Positions 1-9,077 of a DNA stretch of 18,235 bases are shown here, piece after piece. Position 1 is the stretch's first letter. Every line of letters begins with the position of its first letter. Source of the DNA: Candidatus Zixiibacteriota bacterium (GTDB lineage Bacteria > Zixibacteria > MSB-5A5 > CAIYYT01); contig JBECKX010000115.1 in assembly GCA_040235515.1 (NCBI GenBank), positions 1-18,235 on the forward strand, read 5' to 3'. The notes under the pieces were generated by a model, which was not told where the DNA came from, ran no database searches, and worked only from the letters and a program-made list of their open reading frames with translations. The position numbers were made by a program, and so were the translations under genes.

Positions 1-3000
1 GCACAATCATACGCAGTACTCATTGCTGGATGGCGCCTGCCGCATCGATGACTTCATCAAGATCGCTCAGGCTAACAATTTCCCGGCGATAGCTATCACC
101 GATCACGGCAATATGCATGGCGTGATCGAGTTCTACAAGAAAGCCACCGCGGCAGGGATCAAGCCGATCATCGGCTGCGAGATGTATGTCGCACCCAGGG
201 AGCTGGGGCTGAAGAAACCGGTCGAGGGTTACCCCGATGGTGGCAATCACCTGCTGTTGCTCGCCAAGAACGAAACCGGCTACAAGAATCTGATAAAGTT
301 ATCAAGCATCGGTTACCTCGAGGGCTTCTATCACCGTCCGCGCGTCGATAAGGCCACTCTGCGCGAGTATGCAGAAGGGCTGATTTGTACTTCCGCCTGT
401 CTGCAGGGGGAGGTGTCATGGCACCTGCGGGACAAGTCAGATCTTGAGGCGAAGCGAGCGGCGTTCGAGTTTGCGGATATCTTCGGCAAAGAGAATTTCT
501 ACATCGAGATTCAGGACCACAACATCGAGGAAGAGGATCGAGTCCGCCCTGACCTGCTCAAACTGGCAAAAGAGAACGGTTTTAACCTGGTTGCGACCAA
601 TGATTGCCATTATCTCAAACAGGAACACGCCGACGCGCACGATGCGCTGCTTTGCATCCAGACTGGAAAGCATCTCAGCGACCAGGATCGGATGAAATAC
701 ACGACCGATCAACTCTATGTGAAGTCGCCGGAAGAGATGAAGGAGCGGTTCGGGAAGTATCCGGGCGCGATCGAGAACACCCTCCGAATTGCGGAACAGT
801 GCAATGTCACGATCGAGCTCGGCCGGCACCATCTGCCGGCGTTCCCACTGCCGGACGAATACGAGAACCTCGATGACTACTTGACAGCGGAAGCGGAGAA
901 AGGCCTGCGAGATCGCTATCCCGATCCCAAACCTGAAGTGCGGGAGCGTCTCAGCTACGAGTTGAACGTGATCAAACAGATGGGCTACGCCGGCTATTTC
1001 CTGATCGTCGCGGACTTCACCAATCAGGCACGTGAACTTGGTGTCTCGGTGGGGCCGGGACGTGGTTCGGCCGCCGGGTCGATTGTCTCCTACGTACTGG
1101 GAATCACCAATATCGATCCGATCGAGTACGACCTGCTGTTCGAGCGCTTCCTCAATCCCGAACGTATCAGCATGCCTGATATCGACATCGACTTCTCGGA
1201 CAGGGGGCGTGAGAAGATCATCCATTATGTCACCGACAAGTATGGACGCGACAACGTCGGACAGATTATCACCTTCGGAACAATGGCTGCCCGCGCCGTA
1301 GTGCGTGACGTTGGACGGGTGCTCGGCATTCCGTATGGAGAAGTTGACAAGATCGCCAAGCTCATTCCCTTTGCACTCGACATGACAATAGAGAAGGCCC
1401 TCGAGCTGGAGCCGGAACTGACCAAGTTGGCGCAGGCCGACAGCCGCGTCGCCAAGTTGCTTGAGTTCTCGAAGGTGCTGGAGGGGCTTACCCGCCACGC
1501 ATCGACCCATGCCGCCGGTGTCGTGATCGCGCCCTCGAATCTGACCAACTACGTCCCCCTCTACAAAGGCAGCAAAGACGAAATCACGACCCAGTGGGAC
1601 ATGAAGGCGGTTGAGGAGATCGGGCTGTTGAAGATGGATTTCCTGGGATTGCGCACTCTGACCGTGATTGATGATGCGCTGGCGATGATCAAGGAGAATC
1701 ATGGTGTCGATATCGATATCAATGCAATCCCGCTCGACGATGAAGAAGTCTACAAGCTGTTCGGCGCCGGGAATACGATCGGCATCTTTCAGTTTGAATC
1801 CTCCGGCATGCGGGAGTACCTGCGGAAGCTGAAGCCTGAAACGCTCAATGACCTTGCCGCGATGAACGCACTCTACCGCCCCGGTCCGCTGAAGGGTGGG
1901 GTGGTCGATCTCTATATCGATCGCAAACATGGCCGCGAGAAGGTCGAGTATGAGCATCCGTTGATGGAGGCAATCCTCAAGGATACGTACGGCGTCATTG
2001 TGTTCCAGGAACAGGCGATCAAGATTGCCAACGAGCTGGCCGGTTATTCCCTCGGCAAGGGCGATATCCTGCGCAAGGCGATGGGTAAGAAGATCGCCGA
2101 ACTGATGGAAGCTCAGAAGGAGGAGTTCACCAAGGGTTGCCTAGAGAACAACATCGACAAGAAAACGGCTGAGAAGGTCTTCGACCTGATCGAGAAGTTC
2201 GCGGGCTATGGGTTTAACAAGTCGCACTCGGTCGGGTACGCTCTGCTCGCGTACCAGACGGCCTATCTCAAGGCGCATTACCCGCAGGAATTCATGGCAG
2301 CCAATATGACATCGGAGATGGGCTCGACCGATCGAATCATCATCCTGATGGAGGAGTGCCGCCGCATGGGGATTGAGGTGCTTCCGCCTGATGTCAACGA
2401 ATCGCAACTCGCCTTCAGCGTCGTCGACGGTAAGGTCCGGTTCGGGCTTGCCGCCGTGAAGAATGTCGGCCACGGGGCGGTGGAAGCCATCATCAACGCC
2501 CGCAACGAAGGTGGGCGTTTCACGACGATCTTCGATTTCTGTGCCCGTACCGAACTGGGTGCGCTCAACCGCCGCAGTGTGGAGTCACTGGTGATGGCGG
2601 GGGCAATGGATACCTTGCAGGGGAATCGCGCACAGAAACATGCCGCAGTTGAGAAGGCGCTGAGTTTCGGCCAATCGTTGCAGCGGAATGAGGGGATCAA
2701 TCAGTCAGATCTCTTTGCCGGCAGCGAGGAGGAGATTATCCAGGAGCCGAAGCTGGATGATGACGCCGAGTGGGGTACGCATACGATCCTGCAGAATGAG
2801 AAGGGAGCGCTGGGGTTCTATGTCTCGGGGCATCCGCTCGACAAGTATCGGTTGGAATTGGAGGCGTTCGCCACAGCGAATACCGACACGATCGGTGACG
2901 TCCCCGACGGCAACAGCGGGACGATCGGCGGCCTGGTGCAGAATCTCAAGATCAATTACGATAAGCAGGGGCGTCAGATGGCGTTCTTGACTCTGGAGGA

Positions 3001-3412
3001 TTTCTACGGTTCTATCGAGGTATTGATCTTTGCAGATCTGTTCGACCGATCACGGTCGCTGCTGCAAGCGGACGCGAAGGTTCTGGTTACGGGGCGGGTC
3101 AATACACGGGAGAATGAGAAACCGAAAATTGTTGCCAGCGAGATATCGGCTCTGGAGGGGTTGTTCGAACGTCGCGCAGCCACGCTGGAGCTATTCCTGA
3201 ACGGGAACACCACAGCTAAGTCGTTGGAGGACATAAAGGTGGTCCTGCAGCAACATCCCGGGAAGGTGGCGGTGCGCCTGAGTGTCGTTTCGAAGGACCA
3301 GTTATTCGTTTTGTCGCCAAAGAATACGCGAATACTGCCGAATCTTGAATTAATCGAAAAACTGAGTAAATTACTCGGCAAGGAAAACGTGGCATTCCGC
3401 AAGGCGCAGTAG
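1..3412 (+). CDS. dnaE: DNA polymerase III alpha subunit (5'-truncated; the true start lies upstream of the window)
   Basis: The frame is open from position 2 (HNHTQYSLLDG), upstream of the track's TTG at 23. PHP motifs TDHG, GCE and ATNDCHY; GPGRGSAAGS; catalytic PDIDIDF; KMDFLGL; GFNKSH; C-terminal OB fold (MAFLTLEDFYGSIEV). Stop TAG at 3410-3412. Confidence 0.98.
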   Translation, partial: HNHTQYSLLDGACRIDDFIKIAQANNFPAIAITDHGNMHGVIEFYKKATAAGIKPIIGCEMYVAPRELGLKKPVEGYPDGGNHLLLLAKNETGYKNLIKLSSIGYLEGFYHRPRVDKATLREYAEGLICTSACLQGEVSWHLRDKSDLEAKRAAFEFADIFGKENFYIEIQDHNIEEEDRVRPDLLKLAKENGFNLVATNDCHYLKQEHADAHDALLCIQTGKHLSDQDRMKYTTDQLYVKSPEEMKERFGKYPGAIENTLRIAEQCNVTIELGRHHLPAFPLPDEYENLDDYLTAEAEKGLRDRYPDPKPEVRERLSYELNVIKQMGYAGYFLIVADFTNQARELGVSVGPGRGSAAGSIVSYVLGITNIDPIEYDLLFERFLNPERISMPDIDIDFSDRGREKIIHYVTDKYGRDNVGQIITFGTMAARAVVRDVGRVLGIPYGEVDKIAKLIPFALDMTIEKALELEPELTKLAQADSRVAKLLEFSKVLEGLTRHASTHAAGVVIAPSNLTNYVPLYKGSKDEITTQWDMKAVEEIGLLKMDFLGLRTLTVIDDALAMIKENHGVDIDINAIPLDDEEVYKLFGAGNTIGIFQFESSGMREYLRKLKPETLNDLAAMNALYRPGPLKGGVVDLYIDRKHGREKVEYEHPLMEAILKDTYGVIVFQEQAIKIANELAGYSLGKGDILRKAMGKKIAELMEAQKEEFTKGCLENNIDKKTAEKVFDLIEKFAGYGFNKSHSVGYALLAYQTAYLKAHYPQEFMAANMTSEMGSTDRIIILMEECRRMGIEVLPPDVNESQLAFSVVDGKVRFGLAAVKNVGHGAVEAIINARNEGGRFTTIFDFCARTELGALNRRSVESLVMAGAMDTLQGNRAQKHAAVEKALSFGQSLQRNEGINQSDLFAGSEEEIIQEPKLDDDAEWGTHTILQNEKGALGFYVSGHPLDKYRLELEAFATANTDTIGDVPDGNSGTIGGLVQNLKINYDKQGRQMAFLTLEDFYGSIEVLIFADLFDRSRSLLQADAKVLVTGRVNTRENEKPKIVASEISALEGLFERRAATLELFLNGNTTAKSLEDIKVVLQQHPGKVAVRLSVVSKDQLFVLSPKNTRILPNLELIEKLSKLLGKENVAFRKAQ

Positions 3413-3698
3413 GTCTTGCGGGAAGGCGGTCGCAAATGTTAAATTGGCGTAAACAGAGCGAAATCACTGCTGATTTTGGGAACCTCCCTTAGTGGCGTTT
3501 GTTAAAACGAGTAATGAAGGCGACGCTGTTCGATCTCGTTTTCGCGCAACGGTTTTCATGCCAGGAGCGATTGCGCAGAGAAGCGACAGCGGCGTCGACC
3601 ATCGAGCCGGTGACTCAATTCAAGACAATGCGGTCAACAGAACCGTTGTCAGATATTCATTTGGATGTTAGTTTCCTCGATACTTCAGAAGTGAACTT

Positions 3699-4418
3699 AT
3701 GAAAAACAACAAGCTAATTCCCTCACTCGTAATCGCACTGTTCATCACCGGGCTCTGCATTACGCCGTTCATCTCAGATTCTCTTCATGCAGATCAAGTT
3801 CACTGGATGAAGTATGACCAGGCCCTGGAGAAAGCCAGGAGCGAGAATAAGCATATATTGGTGAACTTCACCACTTCGTGGTGTGGCTGGTGCAAGAAGA
3901 TGAAAGCGACAACCTATGAAGATGCGGTTGTTCTTTCCTCAATCGATAAGGATTTTGTCTGCGCCAAAGTGGATGGAGACTCTTACGACGTTGTCAGCTT
4001 AAGCGATGGTGATATCACCGAGAAGGGACTGACCCGCCAGTTTGGCGTGACCGGTTATCCCACGACCTGGTTCCTCGAACCGGATGGCTCGCATATCGCG
4101 CCTGCGCCGGGATATGTCGACGCAACGGCGATGACCTATATCCTCGATTATGTCAGCTTCAATCTGAACGAGTTGATGCCGTTCAGTGATTATGTAGCGC
4201 GACGCAAGAAATTGGAGTCAGTGCGACCGACCGCGCAGCTCAAGCCGGGGATGAGCGAGGCTGATGTGAAGTCGAAGTGGGGTGAACCTCAATCAGTCAA
4301 TAAGACCGATGCCGAAGTTATCTGGGACTACGACGGTCACGACGGTCTGGTGTTCGTCGATGGCAAACTGCAATCTTACCGCGAACTTGACGGCGCACCG
4401 AAAGCATCCAAACGATGA
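3699..4418 (+). CDS. Exported thioredoxin-fold protein (SoxW/DUF255-like, WCGWC) with a small C-terminal SmpA/BamE-like domain
   Basis: N-terminal signal peptide (MKNNKLIPSLVIALF...LHA); WMKYDQALEKARSENKHILVNFTTSWCGWCKKM; cis-Pro motif GYPT; tail LKPGMSEADVKSKWGEP resembles SmpA/OmlA-type domains. Confidence 0.85.
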   Translation: MKNNKLIPSLVIALFITGLCITPFISDSLHADQVHWMKYDQALEKARSENKHILVNFTTSWCGWCKKMKATTYEDAVVLSSIDKDFVCAKVDGDSYDVVSLSDGDITEKGLTRQFGVTGYPTTWFLEPDGSHIAPAPGYVDATAMTYILDYVSFNLNELMPFSDYVARRKKLESVRPTAQLKPGMSEADVKSKWGEPQSVNKTDAEVIWDYDGHDGLVFVDGKLQSYRELDGAPKASKR

Positions 4419-4435
4419 TAAGAATTGACAGGACA

Positions 4436-5044
4436 ATGCTTCGCAAGTTGACCAGAGTGGTCATGATAGTGGCCTTGTTCGGCCTCTTAATGTCATGTTC
4501 TTCTGCTGAGGATGAAAGCGGAGCCCAATCGAACTCCACTGTCGAGACCGGGAAGAACACGCAGCCGAACGATCAGTCGGCAGACCAGGCGAAGAGCCTG
4601 GCCGATGTCGAGCAGGCCGCGATGAAACGTGGGCTAAAACCGGCTCCGGGGTTCAGCCGACCTGATCTTGATGGGAATACGGTGAATTTTGCGGATTTCA
4701 GCGGCAAAGTTGTGCTGGTCGATTTTTGGGCCACCTGGTGTCCGCCATGTCGCCGTTCGATCCCTCACCTGGTGGATTTACACAAGAAGTACGCCGATCA
4801 GGGCTTTGAGATTCTGGGAGTTTCGCTCGATTCCAACGGACCGGCCGAGGTGGCGAAGTTCACAGATAATTTTCGTATCCCGTACACGATTGTGATGGGA
4901 GATCGCGATCTGGCGAAGGCGTGGAACCTGCCCAGCAGCATTCCGACCGCTTACCTGGTGGATCGCGACGGTAACGTGGTTGACAGGATCGTCGGCTACA
5001 AGGATATGACTTTTTACGAGAATCTGATAAAACAGTACCTCTAA
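4436..5044 (+). CDS. TlpA/ResA-family thiol-disulfide oxidoreductase, probable lipoprotein
   Basis: APGFSRPDLDGNTVNFADFSGKVVLVDFWATWCPPC, GVSLD and IPT motifs; lipobox-like LLMSC after a hydrophobic stretch. ATG 4436 is preceded by AGGA; alternative start at 4415 overlaps the upstream stop (ATGA). Confidence 0.92.
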   Translation: MLRKLTRVVMIVALFGLLMSCSSAEDESGAQSNSTVETGKNTQPNDQSADQAKSLADVEQAAMKRGLKPAPGFSRPDLDGNTVNFADFSGKVVLVDFWATWCPPCRRSIPHLVDLHKKYADQGFEILGVSLDSNGPAEVAKFTDNFRIPYTIVMGDRDLAKAWNLPSSIPTAYLVDRDGNVVDRIVGYKDMTFYENLIKQYL

Positions 5045-5260
5045 ACTCGATTTAGGTTTATATTTAGCGGGTACCGCACGTACCAGTAACGAGTGACAGA
5101 ACGCTTATAACTGCCGGGCAGGCTCCCGGCTGGCTACTGCAGAAAATCGTAACGAACTCAAGATAATGAAGAATTCGAACTAAGCTGTTCGAAGAGAATT
5201 TGATAGCAATAGTTGAAAGAATTGAAGCAACCAAACACAACTAATCACGAGGAGGCTCAC

Positions 5261-5917
5261 GTGAAGAAATTTGCTTTGATCTTGATGATCGCCGCTCTCG
5301 CTGCGTTCCTGGTCGCTCCGGCTGCCATGGCTTGTGGCGGAGCGAAGAGCGCCGATGCCAAGGCCAGCTGTAGTGCCAAGGCGAAGACAACAACAGCCGC
5401 CGCCGACAAGAGCGAAGTCAAGGCTCAGATGGTTGGTGCCACCTGCACCGGCGAAGCCAAGGCCAGTGCTGATTGCGCGAAGACCTGTACCGGTGCCAAG
5501 ACGACGACCGCCAGCGCCAAGCTTCCGAATGGCCATCCTGTCGTCACCGTTGCCGATGCCCTTAAGTGCGGCGATGCCAAGGTCGCGTTCGTCAACGTCA
5601 ACAAGATGACCTGCGGCAGCTGCGTCAATCATGTCACCAAGACCCTTGGTGAGATGGAAGGTGTCTGCGCCATCGATGTCAACCTTGAGAAGGCTTCCGC
5701 CACAATCGTTTTCCACCCGACCCAGGTGAAGACCGATGATATGGTCGCCGCCATCAACAAGGCCGGCTACGAAGCTTCGATGAAGACCGAGTGCACCGAG
5801 GATATGAAAGCTGTCTTTGGCGCCGACTGGTCACCTGAGAAGTGTGCTGCTGTTTGCGCCAACATGGCCAACTGCAAGAAGGAATGCACCAAGAAGGCCG
5901 AGACCTCAGAGACCTAA
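5261..5917 (+). CDS. Exported heavy-metal-associated (HMA, CopZ/MerP-like) domain protein with Cys-rich extensions
   Basis: Strong RBS GAGGAGG before GTG 5261; signal peptide MKKFALILMIAALAAFLVAPAAMA; HMA motif MTCGSC...GV..IDVNLEKASATI...AINKAGY; 14 Cys in the mature chain. Confidence 0.88.
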   Translation: MKKFALILMIAALAAFLVAPAAMACGGAKSADAKASCSAKAKTTTAAADKSEVKAQMVGATCTGEAKASADCAKTCTGAKTTTASAKLPNGHPVVTVADALKCGDAKVAFVNVNKMTCGSCVNHVTKTLGEMEGVCAIDVNLEKASATIVFHPTQVKTDDMVAAINKAGYEASMKTECTEDMKAVFGADWSPEKCAAVCANMANCKKECTKKAETSET

Positions 5918-5965
5918 GCTGAGAGAGCCGAACCGATTCCGCGCGAATCGGTTTAAGATAGATTT

Positions 5966-6004
5966 TGGGCGGTTGTTGATTAAACAACCGCCCATTTCTT
6001 TTGT
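5966..6004 (+). terminator. Rho-independent terminator after the HMA gene
   Basis: Perfect 12-bp stem TGGGCGGTTGTT (5966-5977) / AACAACCGCCCA (5983-5994), 5-nt loop, then TTTCTTTTGT. A second 9-bp hairpin AACCGATTC/GAATCGGTT lies just upstream (5931-5953). Confidence 0.9.
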
Positions 6005-6038
6005 ATTATCTCCAGAGGTTGTTTATTCTCACACCTCA

Positions 6039-7043
6039 ATGGGAAATCTGAAGTTGATAAGATTCGCCACGAGTGCACGGCTGCGCAATGACCTGTCATC
6101 GAGCAGGGTCGGCGCGTTCTTGGTCTGCGTGTTAATCCTGCTCGCAGGAAGCGCGCATGGCGCCAAATATGCCGGCGAGGCGTTCAACCTTGGTGCCGGA
6201 GCCAGACCCCTAGCCCTCGGGGGCGCATACATCGCGCTGGTCGAGGATGCGACCGCGATCTACTACAATCCGGCGGGGCTCTCTGAGCTGCGGCAGCGAC
6301 AGGTCACCCTGCTCCACTCCGAGACTTTCGGCTCGTTGTTGAACCATGATTTTGTCGGATATGCCCAACCGACTCGCATCGGTGCCCGGAGCGGCGCCGT
6401 CGGGATCGGTATCTACCGCCTCGGTGGTGGCGGGATCAAGTTAACCGAGTGGGATTTCGACCGAGGTCGTCCGGTTGTGGTATCGGAAGAGAGCCATTAT
6501 GATTACCAGGTAACGCTTGGCGCGGGGGTGAAGCTCTCACCTGAACTGGCATTCGGTACCGCGGCGAAAGTGATCCTGCGTTCTGCAGCCGACAATTCCG
6601 CGTGGGGACTCGGTCTTGATGTGGGCCTGCAGTATCGAGTCTCGAAATCTCTCCGGGTCGGCGCTTCGCTGAGAGACCTGACGTCGACTTTCCTCGCCTA
6701 TGACAATGGCACCAGGGAATCGATCTATCCATCCCTCCGCACCGGGATCGCCCTCTCACAGCAGTTGGATCAGTTGACGGTGACCGCGCTGTTCGATGGT
6801 GATATACTCTTCGAGAGTCGCGACGAAACCGCGCAGCTTTCACTGGGAGGGGCATCTGTGGATACCCACACCGGTCTGGAAATCGGATATGACAACCTCC
6901 TGTACTTCCGGGGAGGAGCCGATATCGGCAAGTTGACGCTTGGCGTCGGTGTTGCATTCGACCGCTTCCGGCTTGATGGCGCATTTCTGGACCATTCAGA
7001 CCTTGACAACTCTTACCGCGTATCGCTTAATGTCAACTTTTAG
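6039..7043 (+). CDS. PorV/PorQ-family (UPF0164, FadL-like) outer-membrane beta-barrel protein
   Basis: Signature GAGARPLALGGAYIALVEDATAIYYNPAGL, alternating beta-strand pattern, C-terminal Phe (SYRVSLNVNF), signal peptide ending AHG-A. The track start at 5817 runs through the terminator, so ATG 6039 is preferred (exact start uncertain). Confidence 0.85.
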   Translation: MGNLKLIRFATSARLRNDLSSSRVGAFLVCVLILLAGSAHGAKYAGEAFNLGAGARPLALGGAYIALVEDATAIYYNPAGLSELRQRQVTLLHSETFGSLLNHDFVGYAQPTRIGARSGAVGIGIYRLGGGGIKLTEWDFDRGRPVVVSEESHYDYQVTLGAGVKLSPELAFGTAAKVILRSAADNSAWGLGLDVGLQYRVSKSLRVGASLRDLTSTFLAYDNGTRESIYPSLRTGIALSQQLDQLTVTALFDGDILFESRDETAQLSLGGASVDTHTGLEIGYDNLLYFRGGADIGKLTLGVGVAFDRFRLDGAFLDHSDLDNSYRVSLNVNF

Positions 7044-7208
7044 GTCGCTCGTGCATACAATTTCAGAGCGGTCAATTCAGACATCGGCGCAGGATCGATT
7101 CTCCCGGGATTCCGGAGTTCTACAATTATCCGGCAGGAGGAATCACAGCATTGCAGGGTTGAGTCACGGCTGCGCTCGAGGGGAAAAGTTGAAATGAGTA
7201 GAAGGATA

Positions 7209-9077
7209 ATGAATCGGTCAAAGTTGATTATGGGTATCGGCGGCGTACTGCTCGCCGTCTTCGCGATTGCAGGAATTACCGGGTGTTCAAGCTCCGATGA
7301 GGGTGAACCGGATGTCGACCAGGTTACCGGCAGCACGGTGGTGGGAATGGTGGACGACCTCCCTGTCACTGTCGCTGACGTAGCGGATCAGTACGTCAAA
7401 TTCATGCGCCCCAATTCCAGAGGGCAGGCTTCCCCGGAGAACGCGTGGGATGAAGCTGTCTATTTCAAGATGGCTACTCTAAAGGCCAGGACTTTTGACG
7501 ACTTCGATCCGGCCGAAGTTCACCGACTGGTGAATAACCGGCTTCATGATATCGTAATGGGCTACATGTTCGACGACATGTTCAGCGGCAAACAGACGGT
7601 GACCGAGGCGGAAATCGATTCTGTCTGGAAGGCAACGGAGGAGCAGTACGTGATTCCTGAGCGCCGGGTGGTAACGCATCTATTGTCCTCGAACAACCCG
7701 AAAGCCTGGAGCACACTCGAGCATACCGGAGAGATCAGGGAGAGCCGCGTCGTGGACAGTCTGGCTCACGCCAAGGCTGCCCATCTCTATAACCTGATCA
7801 AAGAGGGCGCGAACTTAGAGGTCCTGGTAGCGGAGCATTCCCACGATACCCAGAGCAAAGAGACCAAGGGTAAGGTGGGACCGTTTGCAGAGGGGGATAT
7901 GGTTGACGAGTTTTCCGGCGTAGTATTCAAGATGAAGATTGGTGAGATCAGCAAGCCCTTCAAATCGATCTATGGTTGGCACATCGTCCGTCTGGATTCC
8001 ATCCTGCCGGAACAGCGGCAGGAACTCACGCCTGCTTTGCGAGAATCGATCCGCAACCAGTTGCTGTTCGACAAGCAGGTGGTGGAAGCACAGAAATTCG
8101 TGGATAGCGTTGCGGCGAAGGCGGAGTTCGTGTGGAACGACAAACTGCTCAACATGCATGTCGACGAGTACGATCCCTACGACTGGGTTTGTATCGTGAA
8201 TGGAACCGACTCGATTCCCGCCAGCATCCTGCGTGAGCATGAGATGATGTACCGGGTTCGCAATCGCACGGCTGCTGTGACGCCAGAGATTCGCAAAGGA
8301 ATCGTCGCCGGGTTTTTCAAGCCGTTTGTGCTCTCATCCGCGGCGCGAAAATTCGGTTACTTCGACACCGACACGATTAAGACGGCCTACGGTAATCTGA
8401 GGCTGAATGAGATTCGCAATCGGGTATTGCGGCGCCGGGTGCCGGAATCACGCGAGTGGACCGAAGAGGAGAAGCGGAAGTACTACAATGATCACATCGA
8501 CCACTTCATGGCGGAGAAACCGGTGCAGATCAGGCAGATCTTCGTGGAGGAGAAAGAGACCGCCGACAAAGTCGTAGCGGAGTTGCGTGCCGGTAAAGAC
8601 TTCGAAGAGTTGCTGGAGGAATACAACGAAGGTGAGGATGGCTCCGGGGCGGAAACGAAAGCAATCGCGACCGAGCCGGGCTGGATCTCGGAGGATGATG
8701 TCCCGGAGGAGTTGTTCAATCGTGCCTGGACCACAAACGTCGGTAATGTTTCCTCGGCAGTTGCGACAAAGTATGGCTACCACATCGTGAAGGTCCTCGA
8801 CAAGCGTCCGCGGCTGCCGTATGAGTCAGCCGGCACGGAATTGCTCAAGAAAATGCGTGAAGAAAGCTACGAGCGGGCCGAGACGGAATGGCGGGAATGG
8901 GTTTCTGACGGTGTGGAGGTCAAGCGTTACGAGAAAGTTTTCTCCCGGATTGATTTCAATAATCCGTGGCAATACCAGCGTCCGGTCACGCTTCCGACCG
9001 GTTCGTCGCCCGAGCCTGCAACTGAGAGCCAGGATTTGAATGAGCCTGACACACTCGCGGCCGGTGGAAACAACTAA
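7209..9077 (+). CDS. Parvulin (PpiC)-type peptidyl-prolyl isomerase/foldase lipoprotein with two rotamase domains (PrsA/SurA-like)
   Basis: Lipobox ITGC. Domain 1: VTHLL...HSHDTQSKETKGKVG...MVDEF...GEISKPFKSIYGWHIV. Domain 2: IRQIFV...GWI...GNVSSAVATKYGYHIVKV. AAGGA RBS before ATG 7209; alternative start 7194. Confidence 0.9.
   Translation: MNRSKLIMGIGGVLLAVFAIAGITGCSSSDEGEPDVDQVTGSTVVGMVDDLPVTVADVADQYVKFMRPNSRGQASPENAWDEAVYFKMATLKARTFDDFDPAEVHRLVNNRLHDIVMGYMFDDMFSGKQTVTEAEIDSVWKATEEQYVIPERRVVTHLLSSNNPKAWSTLEHTGEIRESRVVDSLAHAKAAHLYNLIKEGANLEVLVAEHSHDTQSKETKGKVGPFAEGDMVDEFSGVVFKMKIGEISKPFKSIYGWHIVRLDSILPEQRQELTPALRESIRNQLLFDKQVVEAQKFVDSVAAKAEFVWNDKLLNMHVDEYDPYDWVCIVNGTDSIPASILREHEMMYRVRNRTAAVTPEIRKGIVAGFFKPFVLSSAARKFGYFDTDTIKTAYGNLRLNEIRNRVLRRRVPESREWTEEEKRKYYNDHIDHFMAEKPVQIRQIFVEEKETADKVVAELRAGKDFEELLEEYNEGEDGSGAETKAIATEPGWISEDDVPEELFNRAWTTNVGNVSSAVATKYGYHIVKVLDKRPRLPYESAGTELLKKMREESYERAETEWREWVSDGVEVKRYEKVFSRIDFNNPWQYQRPVTLPTGSSPEPATESQDLNEPDTLAAGGNN

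Noticed and set aside
437..1957. 506-aa minus-strand ORF, and similar ORFs inside the ALDH and PPIase genes
   Set aside because: Fully antisense to well-supported genes, with no protein-family motifs.
2200..2232. Intein at the canonical DnaE insertion site
   Set aside because: The sequence reads AGYGFNKSHS without interruption, and the protein length is normal.
3499..3702. 67-aa ORF upstream of the first thioredoxin
   Set aside because: TTG start, no clear RBS and no recognisable features.
5176..5191. Gram-positive-type LexA box (CGAAC...GTTCG)
   Set aside because: The spacer is 6 nt rather than 4, and the downstream gene is not a repair gene.
3699..5917. Selenocysteine recoding in the redox/metal genes
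   Set aside because: All CxxC motifs use TGT/TGC. The only relevant TGA (4416-18) is followed at once by an in-frame TAA.
5817..6038. N-terminal extension of the PorV/PorQ ORF given in the track
   Set aside because: It overlaps the HMA gene, crosses a strong terminator, and would bury the signal peptide.
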